From: Macrostomum lignano
Taxonomy: Eukaryota
Direction: 5' to 3'
Length of the DNA stretch: 64,000 bases
Assembly: GCA_002269645.1 (NCBI GenBank)
Contig: NIVC01003385.1
Location: 4,156 to 68,155, forward strand
This document shows, piece by piece, positions 61,811 to 64,000 of the stretch. A model generated the notes under the pieces. That model worked only from the letters and a program-made list of their open reading frames with translations, was not told the DNA's origin and made no database searches. The position numbers were made by a program, and so were the translations under genes. Numbering within the stretch: the stretch's first letter is position 1; each line of letters opens with the position of its first letter.

Positions 61811-64000
61811 AGGGGAACTAAGGAAAGGAAAATAAGTCAAACATCAGGCATTTGATATAAAATATTGTAGGCTTAGTTTTATAGTTTGTTATTTAGTCTA
61901 GGCCTATTGGTATACATAAAGTAGATAGATAGAAAAAAACAAAAATTTTAAGGCTTTTATCTAGTAAGTTAGCTAAATCTATTCATTAGGCCTAAGACCA
62001 AGTCAATAAGCTAGGCCAAGGCTTAGTGCTCAATAGGCTTTCCTACATACATAGGGCTATAGCTAAATAAATAGAATTTAATTGAATTGAAGCCTTTTTA
62101 TAATTGAATAAAAGCAGCTTATAAGTTACAGTAAGCTGCTGTAACCTACATTTATATTTGAAATGCCTGTATTATTAATTAACTGACACGTGACAGGCTT
62201 TAAACTATAGAAAAAATTACTTAAGCAATCACATAATAATGCACAAGAAATTTAAGAAAAGCTCCTTTCATTTATCTTGTACACGAAGCCTTCACTTGTT
62301 TAGTCTAGTGCATAGGCCAGCACAGCAATGCACAGTAGCACTAGCACAACAAATATGCCTTAAAAGCTTTTGTTGAACGTTGAACACAGGAACCCTAGCT
62401 CATTCCTGTAAATTTTTTTTCAAATTACATACAAGCGAATTAATATTAACAAACGTCGATTTTTCTACTGCAAATTGTTATTAAACACCCGTTAAAAGCT
62501 TTCAATTGATACACTCCCATTTGATTGTATGGGAGCGCGCTTTGGCCCGTCTAGCCGGAGAAGCGAGAGCTCGAGAGCGCGCTTTCCTGCCGGTTAGCCC
62601 GATGATTTTGTAAGCTTTTGGCCCGGCTAGCCGGTTGTCGTCGGGTGCCGAGGTGCATAGGCAGTTCGACGTTTTGTGCATACTCTATGTTTGACTTTAC
62701 GCGTGGCCTGCTTGTCTTAAAAAAATTGTTTATATTTGGTATATTAAAATGATATTTCAGTACTACGTGAGCCAGAATTTAAACACTTGCTACGCTATGT
62801 TATACATATTTTGACTTAAGAAACTATGGAGATTAGGTAGAGACAGCATAATGTTTAAATTGTTAAAGTCAAGAAAGTTGATTCAGTTCTTAGCGGAAAT
62901 TGATACACCTCTCACGTGATACGAGTTCCAAAATCAAACTTAGAAACCTGTTCCAGCATGGGCTCACAGTTTTTCGCAGTGTACATGCAAAACGACCATG
63001 CACATTGTACTATGTACGTCATTAACTTGTTGGAAGTTGTTGTACGGACGGTACGCTCTACTTATCTGTAATAATGTTAAACAGTGTTGAACAGTGTTGA
63101 ATGTTAAACAGTGTTATGCATACTGGGTTAGACATGGCTTATCTTAGATTTACGTCTATTCAAGCCATAGTCCTAGGCTTGAATAGGCCTAGGCGCTAAT
63201 TAAATAGATAGATGTTAGAATTAGATGCTGCAATTCATCCTATAGGATATAGCTAGACTGACGCCTAGTCCCGTCCTGTCATTGACTTGATGTTGACACT
63301 TAATTTTATTTGCTGAGTCACCAAATAGTGAATAGGCCTATTGAAATTGTTGATTTGCTACACTGATCACTATATTATATATATGAAATTAAAAGCTGCC
63401 TATATTCTATATATGAAATTAAGGCAATCTTCAAGTTTTCGTTCGTTTAATTATTTCCGGAATTATTTTCGCCCTCTATTCAAGGGTGGTGGGGGTGGGT
63501 GTTGGAATTAAACGAACGAAACTTGAAGATAACCGAAATTAAAGTAATTAATGTGTGGTTAAAAGGTTTTTTGTTTTGAAGGTTTTTCCTAGGTTTTGAA
63601 TTTCTATTTAGATTGTTACCTATGAAGTTAATTGATAGGCTCCCTAATAGATTCTCACTCTGTATAAAATTAAAAATCCATGTTAAAGTAGGCATATTTT
63701 CATTATAAAAAATTCTTAAAAAATTTAGACCTAATACTAGGCCTAAGCTAGGCCTAGGCCTATACTATATAGGAAGCATTAGACCAACCAATATGTTTGT
63801 GTCTATCTAACTATTTTGCTAGATGCTAGGGCCTTAGGCCATAACACTATAAGTATAACTTATAAATAAATATATTTTGTCTTTATTAATATTACAAGCT
63901 GTTGAAACCCGCAGATTTTAACCCGGGGAATTCCAATCCCTGAATATTTTTGCATGTATTCTGATATCTAAGGCGCATACACAAACAAATTAATAGTTAG

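Larger units (their letters stand above)
50392..62647. mobile_element. Foldback DNA transposon (Galileo/P-superfamily-like), 12,256 bp
   Basis: Near-identical inverted arms at 50392-53447 and 59360-62647, ends CACCCG...CGGGTG, and an exact 7-bp TSD CCGAGGT (50385-50391, 62648-62654). The arms contain internal tandem repeats. No cognate transposase recognised. Confidence 0.9.

Overview
This is repeat-rich, intron-containing animal genomic DNA. A free-living flatworm such as Macrostomum is my guess from the repeat style, not something the sequence proves. Host genes I can reconstruct with phase-consistent splice sites: (1) an Nck/Dock-like SH3-SH3-SH2 adaptor on + (about 5414-8976); (2) a convergent tetraspanin on - (recognisable exons 15518 to 11728) with a very long EC2 loop and a 1-nt frameshift in TM4; (3) two intronless secreted C-type lectin + PAN/apple paralogs (23482-24198 intact, 30987-31700 with one nonsense mutation); (4) a two-exon secreted fibrinogen-domain protein on - (35894-34721). 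The two main mobile elements are a 9,909-bp Polinton/Maverick-like element (39299-49207) and a 12,256-bp foldback element (50392-62647). The Polinton has 53-bp TIRs, a 6-bp TSD (CTCATC), intact major and minor capsid genes, an inactivated integrase, a protease gene cut off at the right TIR, and no polymerase or ATPase that I can see. The foldback has ~3.1-3.3-kb inverted arms and a 7-bp TSD (CCGAGGT). The window also holds a degenerate DIRS-type tyrosine-recombinase retroelement, a Crypton-like remnant, solo LTRs, a CORE-type SINE, LINE and Merlin fragments, MITEs and many mini/microsatellites. Those satellites explain most of the long low-complexity ORFs in the track. All family assignments come from motif recognition by eye; no searches were run.
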